Below, piece after piece: positions 29,042-40,000 of a stretch of DNA of 64,000 nucleotides; the first letter of the stretch is position 1; each line of letters starts with the position of its first letter. Below the pieces are notes generated by a model. The model had not been told where the DNA came from and did not search any database. It worked only from the letters and a program-made list of their open reading frames with translations. The stretch lies in assembly GCA_963662435.1 (NCBI GenBank), contig OY759598.1, positions 1,086,507 through 1,150,506 of the forward strand, given 5' to 3'. Source of the DNA: Dehalococcoidia bacterium. Its GTDB lineage: Bacteria > Chloroflexota > Dehalococcoidia > Lucifugimonadales > VXLM01. A program made the position numbers and the translations under genes.

Positions 29042-29809
29042 CTACTGAGCCGTATATCCCCCGTCGACCGGCAGGTAGGAACCAGTCATGAAAGACGCTT
29101 CGTCGGAAGCCAGGAAGAGTGCGGCGTAAGCTACATCCTCCGGTTTGCCCAGGCGGCCCATAGGGTGTCGCTCTTCGAGAAATGCTCGCATATCGGCATC
29201 CACTGTTAGAGATCTGGTCAGGGGTGTCTCCGTAAACCCGGGACCGAGGCAGTTGACGCGAATGTTCTTCGCCGCCATATCGATGGCGAGGTTGCGGGTG
29301 AACTGGAGGACCGCGCCTTTGGACACGGGATATGGATTGAAACCACTCTTCCACTCCGGCGGGTAACCCACAACGCTCATTATGGAACCCAGATTCACGA
29401 TCGACCCACCTCCCGCCTTCTCCATCTCAGGTACGGAATGCAAGGCCATGAGATAGGTGCCCTTGAGGTTTACCTCTATGACCTTGTCCCAAATGTCCTC
29501 TTGCGGAGTTGTCGATGGGAGACTGCGGGCAGTGATTCCAGCGCTGTTGACAAGAATATGAAGAGCGCCGAACCCCTCGACCGCAATGTTGACTATGCGC
29601 TGGGCTTCGTCACTGTCGGTAACGTCGCCCGGCAAGGAAATCGCCTTTCCTCCCTGCTCAGCGATTGCGTCCGCCGTCCTTTGGGAACCATCGGAGTCTA
29701 TATCTGAAGTGACCACACAGGCCCCATGTTCGGCGAACAGCAAGGCAGTAGCCTCTCCTATACCGGAGGCGGCTCCCGTAACTATCGCAACCTTGTCCCT
29801 TAGTCTCAT
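29042..29809 (-). CDS. SDR family oxidoreductase
   Basis: TGAASGIG, NSAG, YPVSK, RVNCLGPG, TGSYLPVDGG. Confidence 0.95.
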   Translation of the reverse strand: MRLRDKVAIVTGAASGIGEATALLFAEHGACVVTSDIDSDGSQRTADAIAEQGGKAISLPGDVTDSDEAQRIVNIAVEGFGALHILVNSAGITARSLPSTTPQEDIWDKVIEVNLKGTYLMALHSVPEMEKAGGGSIVNLGSIMSVVGYPPEWKSGFNPYPVSKGAVLQFTRNLAIDMAAKNIRVNCLGPGFTETPLTRSLTVDADMRAFLEERHPMGRLGKPEDVAYAALFLASDEASFMTGSYLPVDGGYTAQ

Positions 29810-29821
29810 AACCTTCTCGAT

Positions 29822-30697
29822 TTAGCTTAGTTTGACTCCGACCTCGCGAGCTACGCTGCGGATGTATTGCTGTCCTTGGACGGTCAATGGATATGGGAAG
29901 TGCTCCGCGTGGACGGTAACGTCGTGATCGAGGGCGTCCATTCGCCGCAGGATCGTATGGTAGTCCATGGTGCCTTCCCCAGGAACGGCCTCGCCGACGT
30001 GACTCACGATCTTGCCACCGCCGCTGACATCCACGTCCTTGGCGTGAAGGCCAACGATATCCGGACCGAGTTCGTCGAATATCTCATCGACCAACTCTGT
30101 TGTCCGAAAGGCCATGTGGGGATGTACGAGGTTGACCGGGTCCATGAGAATCTTCAGGCGCGGCGATGCTACCGTGTCGAGCATCTGCTTGAGGCGCTCA
30201 ACAGAGTAGAGGCATGACATCACGTGTGGGTGTGCGCCGATATCCATTCCCGCTTCCTCTGCCAGGTTGGACAGTTCTCGTATGCCGTCAAGAACCTGGC
30301 GCCACGTTTCTTCGTCCCACATTTTCGGAGTTCCGCGTCCGACAAGGGTGCCAAAACCTACGAGATGAGCGCCCAGAATCTTTGCGTGGCGGAGTTGACG
30401 CTCATACAAGTCCAGTGTGTACCTGTGGTCATCTCGGTCGTAACCGCCAAGACCACCCCAGGGGCGAGTGCCCTTGTAGAAGCCGGTGAATTCGCCAACA
30501 TTCAGATCGTTGTCGTCGAGAAACTCCTTGAGTTCAAAGACATCGTCATCGTCGTAGTCGGGCTTGACCCTCTGGACGGTGATGGTCGTTACATGCATTG
30601 TGGCCGCACGCTTGAGTAGTTCAGTTCGATCGGCTTCGCCGTCAGGCCCAACGGTGAGAAACTCGCCCAGAGGGGGACTCATGATTATCACGGCCAT
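29822..30697 (-). CDS. Sugar-phosphate isomerase/epimerase (xylose isomerase-like TIM barrel)
   Basis: LKILMDPVN, LHAKD, PGEGTMDY, HAEH. Confidence 0.85.
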   Translation of the reverse strand: MAVIIMSPPLGEFLTVGPDGEADRTELLKRAATMHVTTITVQRVKPDYDDDDVFELKEFLDDNDLNVGEFTGFYKGTRPWGGLGGYDRDDHRYTLDLYERQLRHAKILGAHLVGFGTLVGRGTPKMWDEETWRQVLDGIRELSNLAEEAGMDIGAHPHVMSCLYSVERLKQMLDTVASPRLKILMDPVNLVHPHMAFRTTELVDEIFDELGPDIVGLHAKDVDVSGGGKIVSHVGEAVPGEGTMDYHTILRRMDALDHDVTVHAEHFPYPLTVQGQQYIRSVAREVGVKLS

Positions 30698-30773
30698 TCT
30701 CCTAAATTCTGGAAACTAAGGGTGGAGATGATTGTATCGGATTATCGAGGAAGCGTTCGCTCCTGCAGAAGAG

Positions 30774-32066
30774 CTAGACTATCGTTACCGTCACAGTTTG
30801 TCCCTGCACTTCATCAATGCGTGCCAGGGTGATGACGTTTGTCAATTTCTGGTCGGAGTTCGCGGCCACCCTGATGTAGTTGTCGGTCAGTCCGATCCAC
30901 TTATCCGCCTTTTGTGTCTCCCACAGGACGGGCCTAACGGTTCCGACGAATCGGGACCTGTAGGCCATCTCTTGTCTTTTGGACAGTTTCATCAAGCGCC
31001 CTACCCTCTCCGACTTGGTTTCAGCGGGTACGTCGTCGTCGAAATACGAGGCACTGGTTCCAGGTCGAGAGGAGTAAGGGAATACGTGCATTGAAGCGAA
31101 TTCGACCTCTTCGCACAAGCGAACGGTGTCGTTGAAGTCCACCTCGGTCTCGCCGGGGAATCCAACGATGACGTCTGTCGTGATGGCTGCGTCAGGGAGC
31201 AACTTTCGGATACTGTCTACAGCCTGGCTAAACTGGTGTCTACCATAACGCCGCCTCATTCGTTTCAGCACCCTGTCGCTTCCGCTCTGTAGGGGAAGGT
31301 GAAAGTGGCGCGCGAGCCGGTCGTCCGTCCAATGCGCAAGTAGCTCACTGCTGATCTCGTGTGCCTGCAGTGATGAGACACGGAGTCGAGACATCCCACC
31401 CCGTTTCAGGATCTGGTGAATAAGTTCGGTGAGATCGATTCTGTCTAGATCGAATCCATATGAGCCCAACTGCGTTCCAGTGAGTACGACTTCCTTGTAG
31501 CCACGATCAACATATTCGTTGACTTTGGCGACGATTTCATCCGGCGGTATGCTGCGCTCGCGACCCCTTACCCTCGGGACAATGCAGTAGGCGCATACCT
31601 GGTTGCAGCCCTCCTGGATCTTTATCATGGCCCGCGTCCGTGCCCCATACGGACTGATTGCCTGGAGATCGTCGCCGGTGGCGCAAGGGACGATTTCGTC
31701 GCCTCCCCAATTGATGACGTGTCGAACCAGCGAGGACTTTTCGGTATTCCCAAACACGAGATCGACCTCATCGAGCTTTCGAAGGGTCTCCGGCGAACGC
31801 TGTGCGTAGCAGCCCGTCACCACAATGGTCGCACGAGGATGTCGTCGGCGCGCTGAACGGAGCGCACGCCGAGCCTTTGAGTCGGCTACGTGGGTAACCG
31901 TACAGCTATTTAGTACGTACACGTCGACGGGCGCGTCCTCACCGACGACCTCAAATCCTGCCTCAACAAACTCTGACGCAAGACCACCCGAATCAGACTG
32001 ATTCAGCTTGCATCCATGCGTTTCTATTGCTACGCGCGGCCTTGGTTCCAGCATGAGTTCGACCAT
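30774..32066 (-). CDS. mtaB: tRNA t6A37 methylthiotransferase (radical SAM)
   Basis: THGCKLNQSD, NSCTVT, VTGCYAQ, KIQEGCNQVCAYC, HVFPYSSRPGT, GLTDNY. Confidence 0.93.
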   Translation of the reverse strand: MVELMLEPRPRVAIETHGCKLNQSDSGGLASEFVEAGFEVVGEDAPVDVYVLNSCTVTHVADSKARRALRSARRRHPRATIVVTGCYAQRSPETLRKLDEVDLVFGNTEKSSLVRHVINWGGDEIVPCATGDDLQAISPYGARTRAMIKIQEGCNQVCAYCIVPRVRGRERSIPPDEIVAKVNEYVDRGYKEVVLTGTQLGSYGFDLDRIDLTELIHQILKRGGMSRLRVSSLQAHEISSELLAHWTDDRLARHFHLPLQSGSDRVLKRMRRRYGRHQFSQAVDSIRKLLPDAAITTDVIVGFPGETEVDFNDTVRLCEEVEFASMHVFPYSSRPGTSASYFDDDVPAETKSERVGRLMKLSKRQEMAYRSRFVGTVRPVLWETQKADKWIGLTDNYIRVAANSDQKLTNVITLARIDEVQGQTVTVTIV

Positions 32067-32127
32067 GAATTCACCCTTCAGGATTCTATCACGTTCATTC
32101 AGGTATCCATGGAATCACCAGGTTGTT

Positions 32128-33349
32128 CAGGGCAATCGCATCTTATTGGGCAAGGACCTTGAGTAGATAGTCATTGTCCCAGGCGGCGTCTTTTCGTTTG
32201 CCGGCGAGGCTGCGCTTGGTGGACTTTTCGGCCTTGAGCAGATTCAGGGCCATGCGGCGTAGCACAGAGAAGTTCTCTGCCCCGTTCCCGCTACGCACCC
32301 GGCTTCCATCCTCATTGAACGTCACGTCCAGCGACCAGTGCAATTGGTTCTCTATGCTCCAGTGGCTGCGCACCGCGTTGAGCAAGACACTCGCATCGTT
32401 TGGCAAGCTCGATATGTAGTAGCGCGACTCCACCGTCGTCTTGCCACCGACGAGTCGCTCGCCTTCCACCATCACCAACGTATTCAACCCCGGCCACTGC
32501 CCATCATCATCCACGTATCTGATGTGGTCGAGATCGGACACGGCCCAGCATCGACGAGTCTCGACTCGTCCGTGACCCGCATTTATCGTCTCGTGGTAGT
32601 CGTGGTCGAGACTGTCGAAGCCGGACTTACGGGCAAGGTCGAAGGTGTCATGCACATCCTCGTGCAGGCGGCCCTGGTTCTTCTTGACCGCCAGCACGTA
32701 GTCGGCTCTCTCCTCCAGGATCTTCGATGCGACCTCCTTCTGGCAGCCCATGGCGTCGATAGTCACGATGCACCCTTCGACCTGGAGCATTTCGAGCAGT
32801 CGGGGTATAGCCGTGATCTCATTGGAGCGCCCGTCTACTTTGGTCTGTCCGAGTGCTACGCCGCTCGCAGAGGCCCAAGCGCTGACCATGTGGATCGCAT
32901 CCTTCCCTATATACCGGTCGTGCGAACGACGCACTCTCTTGCCGTCTATGGCTACGACATCACCTTGCAGAACCTCTCGCACAGCCAACACCCACTCGGT
33001 GAAGCAGCGCTCGAACTGCTGAGCATCCAGCTTGGCAAAGACCCTGCCAAACGTGTCGTGGGATGGAATACCGTTAGGGAGGTTCAGCATCTTGCGCAGC
33101 CAGTCCGACTTGCGCCTGCCAAACGCCTCCACGTCCACCCAACTGTCCGCACCTGCTATGACACCGCAGAGCGCAATGGTGACGATGTCCATTAGATTGT
33201 GGCGTTTGGTACGGTCAATACGCGGATCGACCAAGCTGCCAAAGTGTTCGGTCAGGGACGCTGTGTCACTCGCCATGGGTCACTCTCCACATGAGATTGA
33301 CCCCAATTCTATAACTTGTCTAAGACTTCATTTAGATGCGATTGCCCTG
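32128..33349 (-). mobile_element. ISAs1-family insertion sequence, complete (1222 bp)
   Basis: Perfect 16-bp terminal IRs CAGGGCAATCGCATCT / AGATGCGATTGCCCTG; 10-bp target duplication CCAGGTTGTT at 32118-32127 and 33350-33359. Confidence 0.97.
32143..33276 (-). CDS. ISAs1 family transposase
   Basis: DPR...H, GIPSHDTFGRVF, AIDGK, SNEITAIP, TIDAMGCQ, HGRVETR, HWSIENQLHWSLD; intact ORF. Confidence 0.97.
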   Translation of the reverse strand: MASDTASLTEHFGSLVDPRIDRTKRHNLMDIVTIALCGVIAGADSWVDVEAFGRRKSDWLRKMLNLPNGIPSHDTFGRVFAKLDAQQFERCFTEWVLAVREVLQGDVVAIDGKRVRRSHDRYIGKDAIHMVSAWASASGVALGQTKVDGRSNEITAIPRLLEMLQVEGCIVTIDAMGCQKEVASKILEERADYVLAVKKNQGRLHEDVHDTFDLARKSGFDSLDHDYHETINAGHGRVETRRCWAVSDLDHIRYVDDDGQWPGLNTLVMVEGERLVGGKTTVESRYYISSLPNDASVLLNAVRSHWSIENQLHWSLDVTFNEDGSRVRSGNGAENFSVLRRMALNLLKAEKSTKRSLAGKRKDAAWDNDYLLKVLAQ

Positions 33350-33432
33350 CCAGGTTGTTTGATAGTTCAGACAACCGGAGTGTACGATGATGTTTAAGCG
33401 GCCTCGGTCGTACCTCATCTAAGGATAGGATC

Positions 33433-33681
33433 ATGGACCAGCAAGGTATCACCGTCTATGGGACGAACTGGTGTGGAGATTGCAGGCGAGCGAAGCTCTT
33501 TATGGACACCCGCGGGATCGGCTATGACTGGATCGATATCGAGAACGATTCCGCAGCGGCCAAGAGGGTCATGGAGATAAATGGAGGGTATCGAAGCGTT
33601 CCGACCATAGTGTTCGAGGACGGCTCCATTCTCGTTGAACCCAGCAACGCAGAACTTGCCCAGAAATTCGCCGGCCGCTAA
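33433..33681 (+). CDS. Glutaredoxin/mycoredoxin-like protein
   Basis: YGTNWCGDC, NGGYRSVPTI.FEDGS.LVEPS. Confidence 0.9.
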   Translation: MDQQGITVYGTNWCGDCRRAKLFMDTRGIGYDWIDIENDSAAAKRVMEINGGYRSVPTIVFEDGSILVEPSNAELAQKFAGR

Positions 33682-33693
33682 ACGCAACGACGA

Positions 33694-35322
33694 ATGACCA
33701 CAGCGGACCGTACTATAGGCGATGCCTTTGCCGAGACCCTTAGAAGCGGCGGGGTGCCTTGTGTCTTCGGCATACCCGGCGGGGGAAGCGCGATAGACCT
33801 GATCGAGTCCTGCCGAACAGTCGATATTCCCTTCATCCTCGTTCAGCACGAGACCACTGCGGCTATGTCGGCTATCGTCGCGGGCGAACTAACCGATTCT
33901 TGCGGAGTCTGCATCTCAATCATGGGCCCCGGAGCGGCCAACCTGGCAGGCGGTGCGAGTTTCGGACTCTGGGAGCGCCACGCTCTCCTGAGCCTCACCG
34001 AGGCCTACCCTACTGATCAGGCTCCTCGAATGTCGCTTCAACTCATGGACCATTCGCAGATGTTCATGAGTTTTTCAAAGGCATCCGAAGCGCTGAGCGT
34101 GGACCACCCCGGGCAGCAGACCGAGCGATTAATGAAAATTGCTCTGGCAGAACGTCCGGGCCCCGTACACCTAGACATACCGAATGATTTGCTTACACGG
34201 CCAACAGGACCGAAACCGGATTCAGACGGCGGCCTTCCCGGCAGCGACGATAAGATCGTGGGCGACATCGATGCCATCGCGGACGCAATCAACAGGGCCG
34301 TGAAGCCTGTACTTGTCGTGGGTCCTGCCGTGATCCGTTCTCACGCTTGTGACGAGCTCGCTTCACTTGCCGAGCGACTCGGCGCTGCAGTGGTTACAAC
34401 ATCCAAGGCCCGTGGCGTGATTCCCGAGGTCCATCCCCTTTCCGTGGGAATTGTAACGGGTGCATATGGCGAAACGACTTTTGAGGGACTAATAATCAGA
34501 CAAAGCGATCTCATCGTTGCCGTAGGCCTGGACCGCATGGAGCTTCTATCTCCCTGGGAATATAACCAGCCGCTTGTTTGCATCGATGCGGTTGATTCGA
34601 CCGATGAGCAGGTGGGAAGTCCGACCCACACGTTGTATGGGTCGCTCAAGAGCATTTTGGGTCAACTCGGGGAGGCGGTAAAGCCGTCCGAAGCATGGAA
34701 CATGCAGGAACTGAGCGAGTTCAAAGACCACGTGCGGTCTTCGCTACTGGCAAAGTCCAGTGATTTGAATTCGGCGACAATACTGGAGCGTGCTCAGAAT
34801 TTGGCTCCGGCCGATACGACTCTTGTGACTGAGACGGGCATCTACAATGCGGTCAACCTGTTTACCTGGAAGGTGGGTGGGCCGGGTCTGTACTTTGGTT
34901 CTAGTGGCGCCAATACGATGGGGTTCTCCATCCCTGCAGCGTTGGCCTCAGCGCTTATTCGACCTGAACAGAGGACGGTGGCTCTCGTCGGTGACGGCGG
35001 ATTCCTGATGAAGGCATCGGAATTGGAGACCCTGTCACGCGAAAAGCTGTCACCCATCATCATCGTTTTCAATGATCGCTCACTTGGTCTCATCCGCATC
35101 AAACAGGCGGCGAAGGGCTATCGTCGAGATGCTGTGGACCTCGCACCCGTGGATTTCGTCCGGCTGGCTCATAGTTTTGGTGGGCGGGGCGAACGAGTAA
35201 GTTCATTAGCGGCGTTTGACGCGGCATTCAAAGCGGCTCTTGACAGTGACCGATTCACCGTGATTGACGCCCGTCTCGATCCGGATGCATATGCTTCCCA
35301 CATGCGGCCTATCCGGGGTTAG
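33694..35322 (+). CDS. Thiamine pyrophosphate-binding protein (acetolactate synthase-like)
   Basis: VFGIPGGG, QHETTA, GPGAAN, RPGPVHLD, MGFSIPAA, GDGGFLM...ND. Confidence 0.9.
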   Translation: MTTADRTIGDAFAETLRSGGVPCVFGIPGGGSAIDLIESCRTVDIPFILVQHETTAAMSAIVAGELTDSCGVCISIMGPGAANLAGGASFGLWERHALLSLTEAYPTDQAPRMSLQLMDHSQMFMSFSKASEALSVDHPGQQTERLMKIALAERPGPVHLDIPNDLLTRPTGPKPDSDGGLPGSDDKIVGDIDAIADAINRAVKPVLVVGPAVIRSHACDELASLAERLGAAVVTTSKARGVIPEVHPLSVGIVTGAYGETTFEGLIIRQSDLIVAVGLDRMELLSPWEYNQPLVCIDAVDSTDEQVGSPTHTLYGSLKSILGQLGEAVKPSEAWNMQELSEFKDHVRSSLLAKSSDLNSATILERAQNLAPADTTLVTETGIYNAVNLFTWKVGGPGLYFGSSGANTMGFSIPAALASALIRPEQRTVALVGDGGFLMKASELETLSREKLSPIIIVFNDRSLGLIRIKQAAKGYRRDAVDLAPVDFVRLAHSFGGRGERVSSLAAFDAAFKAALDSDRFTVIDARLDPDAYASHMRPIRG

Positions 35323-35387
35323 TCAACAGCAAGAATGCACTACCACAGAAAGCAAGGTAATTCCCTGCTCCCCGTAGGCCAAACCTG

Positions 35388-36206
35388 ATGCCGTACGCAA
35401 CTGTCTCAACAGGAACAAGGCTCTATTATGAGAGGACCGGCTCAGGTCCACCCTTGTTGCTCATCATGGGCACGGGGCTTGACCACTCAGTATGGGAGGC
35501 ACAGGTCGAAGCTTATCGTGGCGAATTCGAGTGCATCGTATTCGACAACGCAAGTGCAGGAAGATCGAGCCGACCGGCTCGCCGCCTGACGGTGAAGTCG
35601 ATGGCCGCGGATACCATCGGTCTCATGGAAGCGCTTGACGTTCAGCGTGCTCACGTCTCCGGGGTGTCGCTTGGTTCTTGTATTGCACAGGAGGTGACGC
35701 TGGCACGTCCCGACCTGGTAGCCTCGCTTCAACTTCATGGAACATGGGCGCGTACGGAAGGCTACGTCGCGAGAAAATTTCGGGCTCAGATTCGCCTGAT
35801 CGAGATGCTGGACATGCGCGAATTCTACGAGATCAATGTTCTGTGGTTCATCACACCGGAGTTCTTCGACAAGCACCCCGATAAGGTCAGAACCCAAATC
35901 GACGCAATCGTTGCCAACGCTCCCAGCCGTGAGTCGTTAATAGAACAGTATCAAGCTGATATCGAACACTACACACTAGACACTCTGCCGCAAATAACGG
36001 TCCCTACCCTAGTCACGGTTGGAAGTTCTGACATCGCAATCCCACCGATGTACGGCCGCGAGGTCGCTCAGGCGATTCCCGGCGCGGAATTCTTCGTCGC
36101 TGAAGTTGGGAGTCACTTGTATAACTCCGAGAATCCTGAGGAATTTAACCGTGTAACTCTCGCTTTTCTGCGCCGCGTTGAGAACAAGCTAGTAGGGAAA
36201 TCTTGA
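35388..36206 (+). CDS. Alpha/beta fold hydrolase
   Basis: GPPLLLIMG, GVSLG nucleophile elbow, PTLVTVGSSD, SH. Confidence 0.9.
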   Translation: MPYATVSTGTRLYYERTGSGPPLLLIMGTGLDHSVWEAQVEAYRGEFECIVFDNASAGRSSRPARRLTVKSMAADTIGLMEALDVQRAHVSGVSLGSCIAQEVTLARPDLVASLQLHGTWARTEGYVARKFRAQIRLIEMLDMREFYEINVLWFITPEFFDKHPDKVRTQIDAIVANAPSRESLIEQYQADIEHYTLDTLPQITVPTLVTVGSSDIAIPPMYGREVAQAIPGAEFFVAEVGSHLYNSENPEEFNRVTLAFLRRVENKLVGKS

Positions 36207-36326
36207 ATAGACTAATTTGAGAGTGCTCAAAGAACGCTGCCTAGGCTATTCGTATACGAGTTTAACTTTAATCTGATACCATAATTTTGATGCGAGTCAG
36301 CACAAAGGATGAGCGAAAGGACTTCC

Positions 36327-37034
36327 ATGAAACTCGAGAAAAACCTCATTCCAATTGCGGCCATTGCGGCCGTCATCCTATTGGTGGTACCCGCGGTTGG
36401 AATGGTCATAGGGATGGCCGTGGCTTCTGAACCAGGCGACGAAACTGCTTCCGCGACGGAGGATGCCAAACTCCCACCCCTGGAACTTCCGCCTCTGCCG
36501 GACAAGAATTACGAGCTAGTCGATTCTTCGCCCCAGCAAACGAACAACGTATCCCGTGCCGACGCGTACGGCGGTTCCAGCGTTCAAGGGACGGTCTATA
36601 GCTATAAGGACGGCGACCGAAATATTGGCGTCACCCTGCAAGAAGGCCTGGTCTTACAGAAGAACTCTTCCATTTCGTCTAACGACACTGTGATCATCAA
36701 AGGACCCGCCCAGAGCATCATCAGTAAAGGATCTGACGGTGGGCAAGGCGGACTCCCGGTATTCCGTTCCGAGTCCGGAGGCGGACTCATGACGCTGCCA
36801 GGCGGGATCATGCTTGCGTTGGATCCCGAATGGGATGAGGCACAAGTTGATAGCTTCTTCTCGAATAACGGCATCTCGCCGGAGCAGGTTTCCGAGCTGG
36901 GATTCATACCGAATGGATTCCTGGTGGAAACGGAACCCGGCTATCCATCGCTGGATCTAGCCAATGAATTGGCCGACCTTGATGGAGTAGAGATTTCCAG
37001 TCCCAACTGGTGGAATGAGGTTGAGGCTAAGTAA
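36327..37034 (+). CDS. Secreted/membrane-anchored hypothetical protein with a C-terminal S8-propeptide-like domain
   Basis: N-terminal hydrophobic segment; C-terminal TLPGGIMLAL...SLDLANELADLDGVEISSPNWW; RBS AAAGGA; immediately upstream of the S8 protease. Confidence 0.7.
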   Translation: MKLEKNLIPIAAIAAVILLVVPAVGMVIGMAVASEPGDETASATEDAKLPPLELPPLPDKNYELVDSSPQQTNNVSRADAYGGSSVQGTVYSYKDGDRNIGVTLQEGLVLQKNSSISSNDTVIIKGPAQSIISKGSDGGQGGLPVFRSESGGGLMTLPGGIMLALDPEWDEAQVDSFFSNNGISPEQVSELGFIPNGFLVETEPGYPSLDLANELADLDGVEISSPNWWNEVEAK

Positions 37035-37099
37035 GAGACGCCGTCCACACCGTTCGAACCTCACGTCCACACAAATAGCAGCCCCGGAGAAAATCGCCC

Positions 37100-40000
37100 A
37101 TGTCCACGATTTCGACTCACAATGCACGCTCAATATTTTCCGCATTGAAGATGGCCGTCCTCACTTCCGTAACCGCATCGCTACTTGTCCTGAGCACAGG
37201 CGGGGCCGGGGCCCAGACAGTCGAAGACGACCACGGAGACACCTTTGGAACCTCAACGTCGGTTGAGTTGGGTTCGTCGGTAGACGGGCGCATCGATCCC
37301 GGTGATGACCGCGATGTCTTCAAAATTGACCTGTCCGACGCCTCCGGCCAAACCGACCTTTGGGTTTACACGCTCGGAGATTTCGACACCTTTGGCGGCC
37401 TGTATGACGGTAGTGGCAATATCGTTGAGCTCAACGACGACAGTTTCTTCGCGGACAACATACGCGGGTTCAGCATACGGAGCATTGTCCAACCAGGGGT
37501 CTACTATGTGATCGCCGTCAGTTACGAAGGTGAGCCGGGAGACTATACATTTCATGCACAGGCCGTTGCAGCTCCGGGGGATTCAATCGAGACCGCAAAG
37601 CCTCTAATCCTCGACACACGGGACGGAGGCACGATTGATACGCTCGAAGATGCGGACTTCTTCAAGCTGGAGTTTACAGAATCGAGACACGTGATCATCG
37701 ATGCCGTGACCGCCGATATTTCGCTTATTGATGCGTCCTTGCTTGATGCCGACGGCAACGAAATCTCTGCCAATGTTAGGCTAATTCGGCTTAGGGGCTT
37801 TGGATCCTTCTTCCCGATCGGCTTTACCATCGAACAGGACTTCGAGCCGGGAACTTACTACCTCAAAGTGGTCAACCCGCTCGCGCCAGATCCCGATGAG
37901 ACCGAGACCGAAGAATTCGAGTCCGAGCAGCCTTCGATTCCATTCAGACCAGCACCATACGCAGTCTTCTTTCATGAGGATACTGATTACTCGGAGTTTC
38001 TTGACGACTGCGATTCACAGACTGACGCTCTAAATGACCCGGAGATCGGCGATCCTCTAAACGCGTGCCAGTGGCACCTCCGCCATCCTGAGTGGCAGGA
38101 CATAAACGTCGGGTCCGTATGGGCAGATGGCATTAAGGGAGAGGGAGTCAACGTCGCCATTGTCGATGACGGGATGTACCAAGACCACGAGGACCTAAAG
38201 GACAATGTGGACACCAGTCTCAACCTAAACTTCGAAACCGGCGAGAACGACATATATGGCCGATTCGACCACCATGGCACGCATGTAGCCGGGATGGTTG
38301 CCGCCAGGGACAACGACATCGGAGTGCGCGGTGTGGCACCAAGGGCCACCCTACATGGCTATAACCTCTTAAGTGGGCTCAACACTACGGGACTCAATAT
38401 CCTAACAGCGATGACCGAGAGTGCGGACGTCACTGCTGTGTCCAACAATAGCTGGGGTTGGAGTGACGGCCCGGGATTCAGTCCGTCCTTCTCGTTCTGG
38501 AGAAGGGCAATAAGAGTCGGAACCACGTTCGGATACGACGGCAAGGGTGTTCTCTATGTCTGGGCCGCAGGCAACGGACATCTGCTTGGGGACGACTCAA
38601 ATCTTGACGAGTTATCTAATGAATATGGCGTTACAGCAGCCTGTTCCGTGAATAACCAGGGCACCAGGTCCGGCTACTCGGAAATGGGTGCGAACCTGTG
38701 GGTCTGCGCTCCATCAAACGACCGCCCACTTAGTCTGGGTGGCGCCGCAGGCATCCTGACGACCGAAAATTCCGATCGCTACTACCAGGACTTCGGCGGC
38801 ACCTCTGCGGCTTCGCCGATTGTCGCGGGAGTTGCGGCGTTGACCCGCCAGGCTAACCCTGACCTATCTTGGCGCGACGTCAAGGTGATTCTCGCAGCAT
38901 CTGCCCAGAAGAATGATCCAGCTAGCCAGGGATGGGATGCTGGAGCACCTTTGCATCCCGTTTCTTCTGCTGAAAACTACTCCTTCAATCACGAGTACGG
39001 GTTTGGCGTGGTCGACGCCACAGGGGCCGTGGATCTGGCCAGGCGATGGACTAATCTCCCCGCCGCACAACAGTCGACAGTGGTGTCTGACGTCCTGGAT
39101 GTCGAAATCTCCGATTTCACTGCGGAGGGTAAAGCAGAGACTTACACCCATACACTCAACCTGGATTCGGACATTGAATTCACCGAGTTCGTCGAGGTCA
39201 CGATGGCCTTCGAGCACGATTCCTTCCGTGACTTAGAGATCCTTCTGGAGTCTCCATCAGGAGCCATCTCCAGGCTGGCGGTGCCCTTTGACACCTTCGA
39301 CGGACTGAACGCATTCTTTGGAGAAGCCTTTGTGCCGTTGCACGGTTCTTGGCAGTTTGGGTCGGCGAAACACCTCGGTGAAGACCCGAACGGAGAGTGG
39401 AAGCTTCACATCACCGACCGCATACATGTCGTGGACGGGATATTCAATGGGTTTGCCATCACCGTCTATGGTCACGAGCGGGCGGCCGGCGCAGCCTCCC
39501 TGGACAGCGTTGTTGTGCATCCCGGTGGTGAGAGGCTCGATGTTGCCTGGTCGGCACCCGAATTGTCCGGCGAGTCCGAAGTTACAGGCTACGACATCCG
39601 TCACATAGCAACCGCTGACGACGAGACTGACCCATCTGGCTGGACTGTGCTGGAAGGAGTGTGGTCCGCCGAATCCGGTGGTGATTTGACCTACACGGTC
39701 TCCGGTCTGACCGACGGCACGCAATACGACGTGCAAGTCCGAGCAGTGAATAGTACCGGCGGCGGATTGTGGTCGGAGGTCGGTACCGGAACGCCCATGT
39801 CGAGCTCGTGTGCCGCCGAAGGCGCCGTAACCGACAGGGATAACGGCGGCCTGGTCAATGACTGCGAAAAGCTACTGGAAGTTCGCGACACCCTGGCAGG
39901 AAGCGTTACGTTGAATTGGTCGTCGGAAACCGACATCTCGACATGGGATGGTGTCTACCTAACCGGAACTCCCATGCGCGTCACGGTCGTATCCCTGCTG

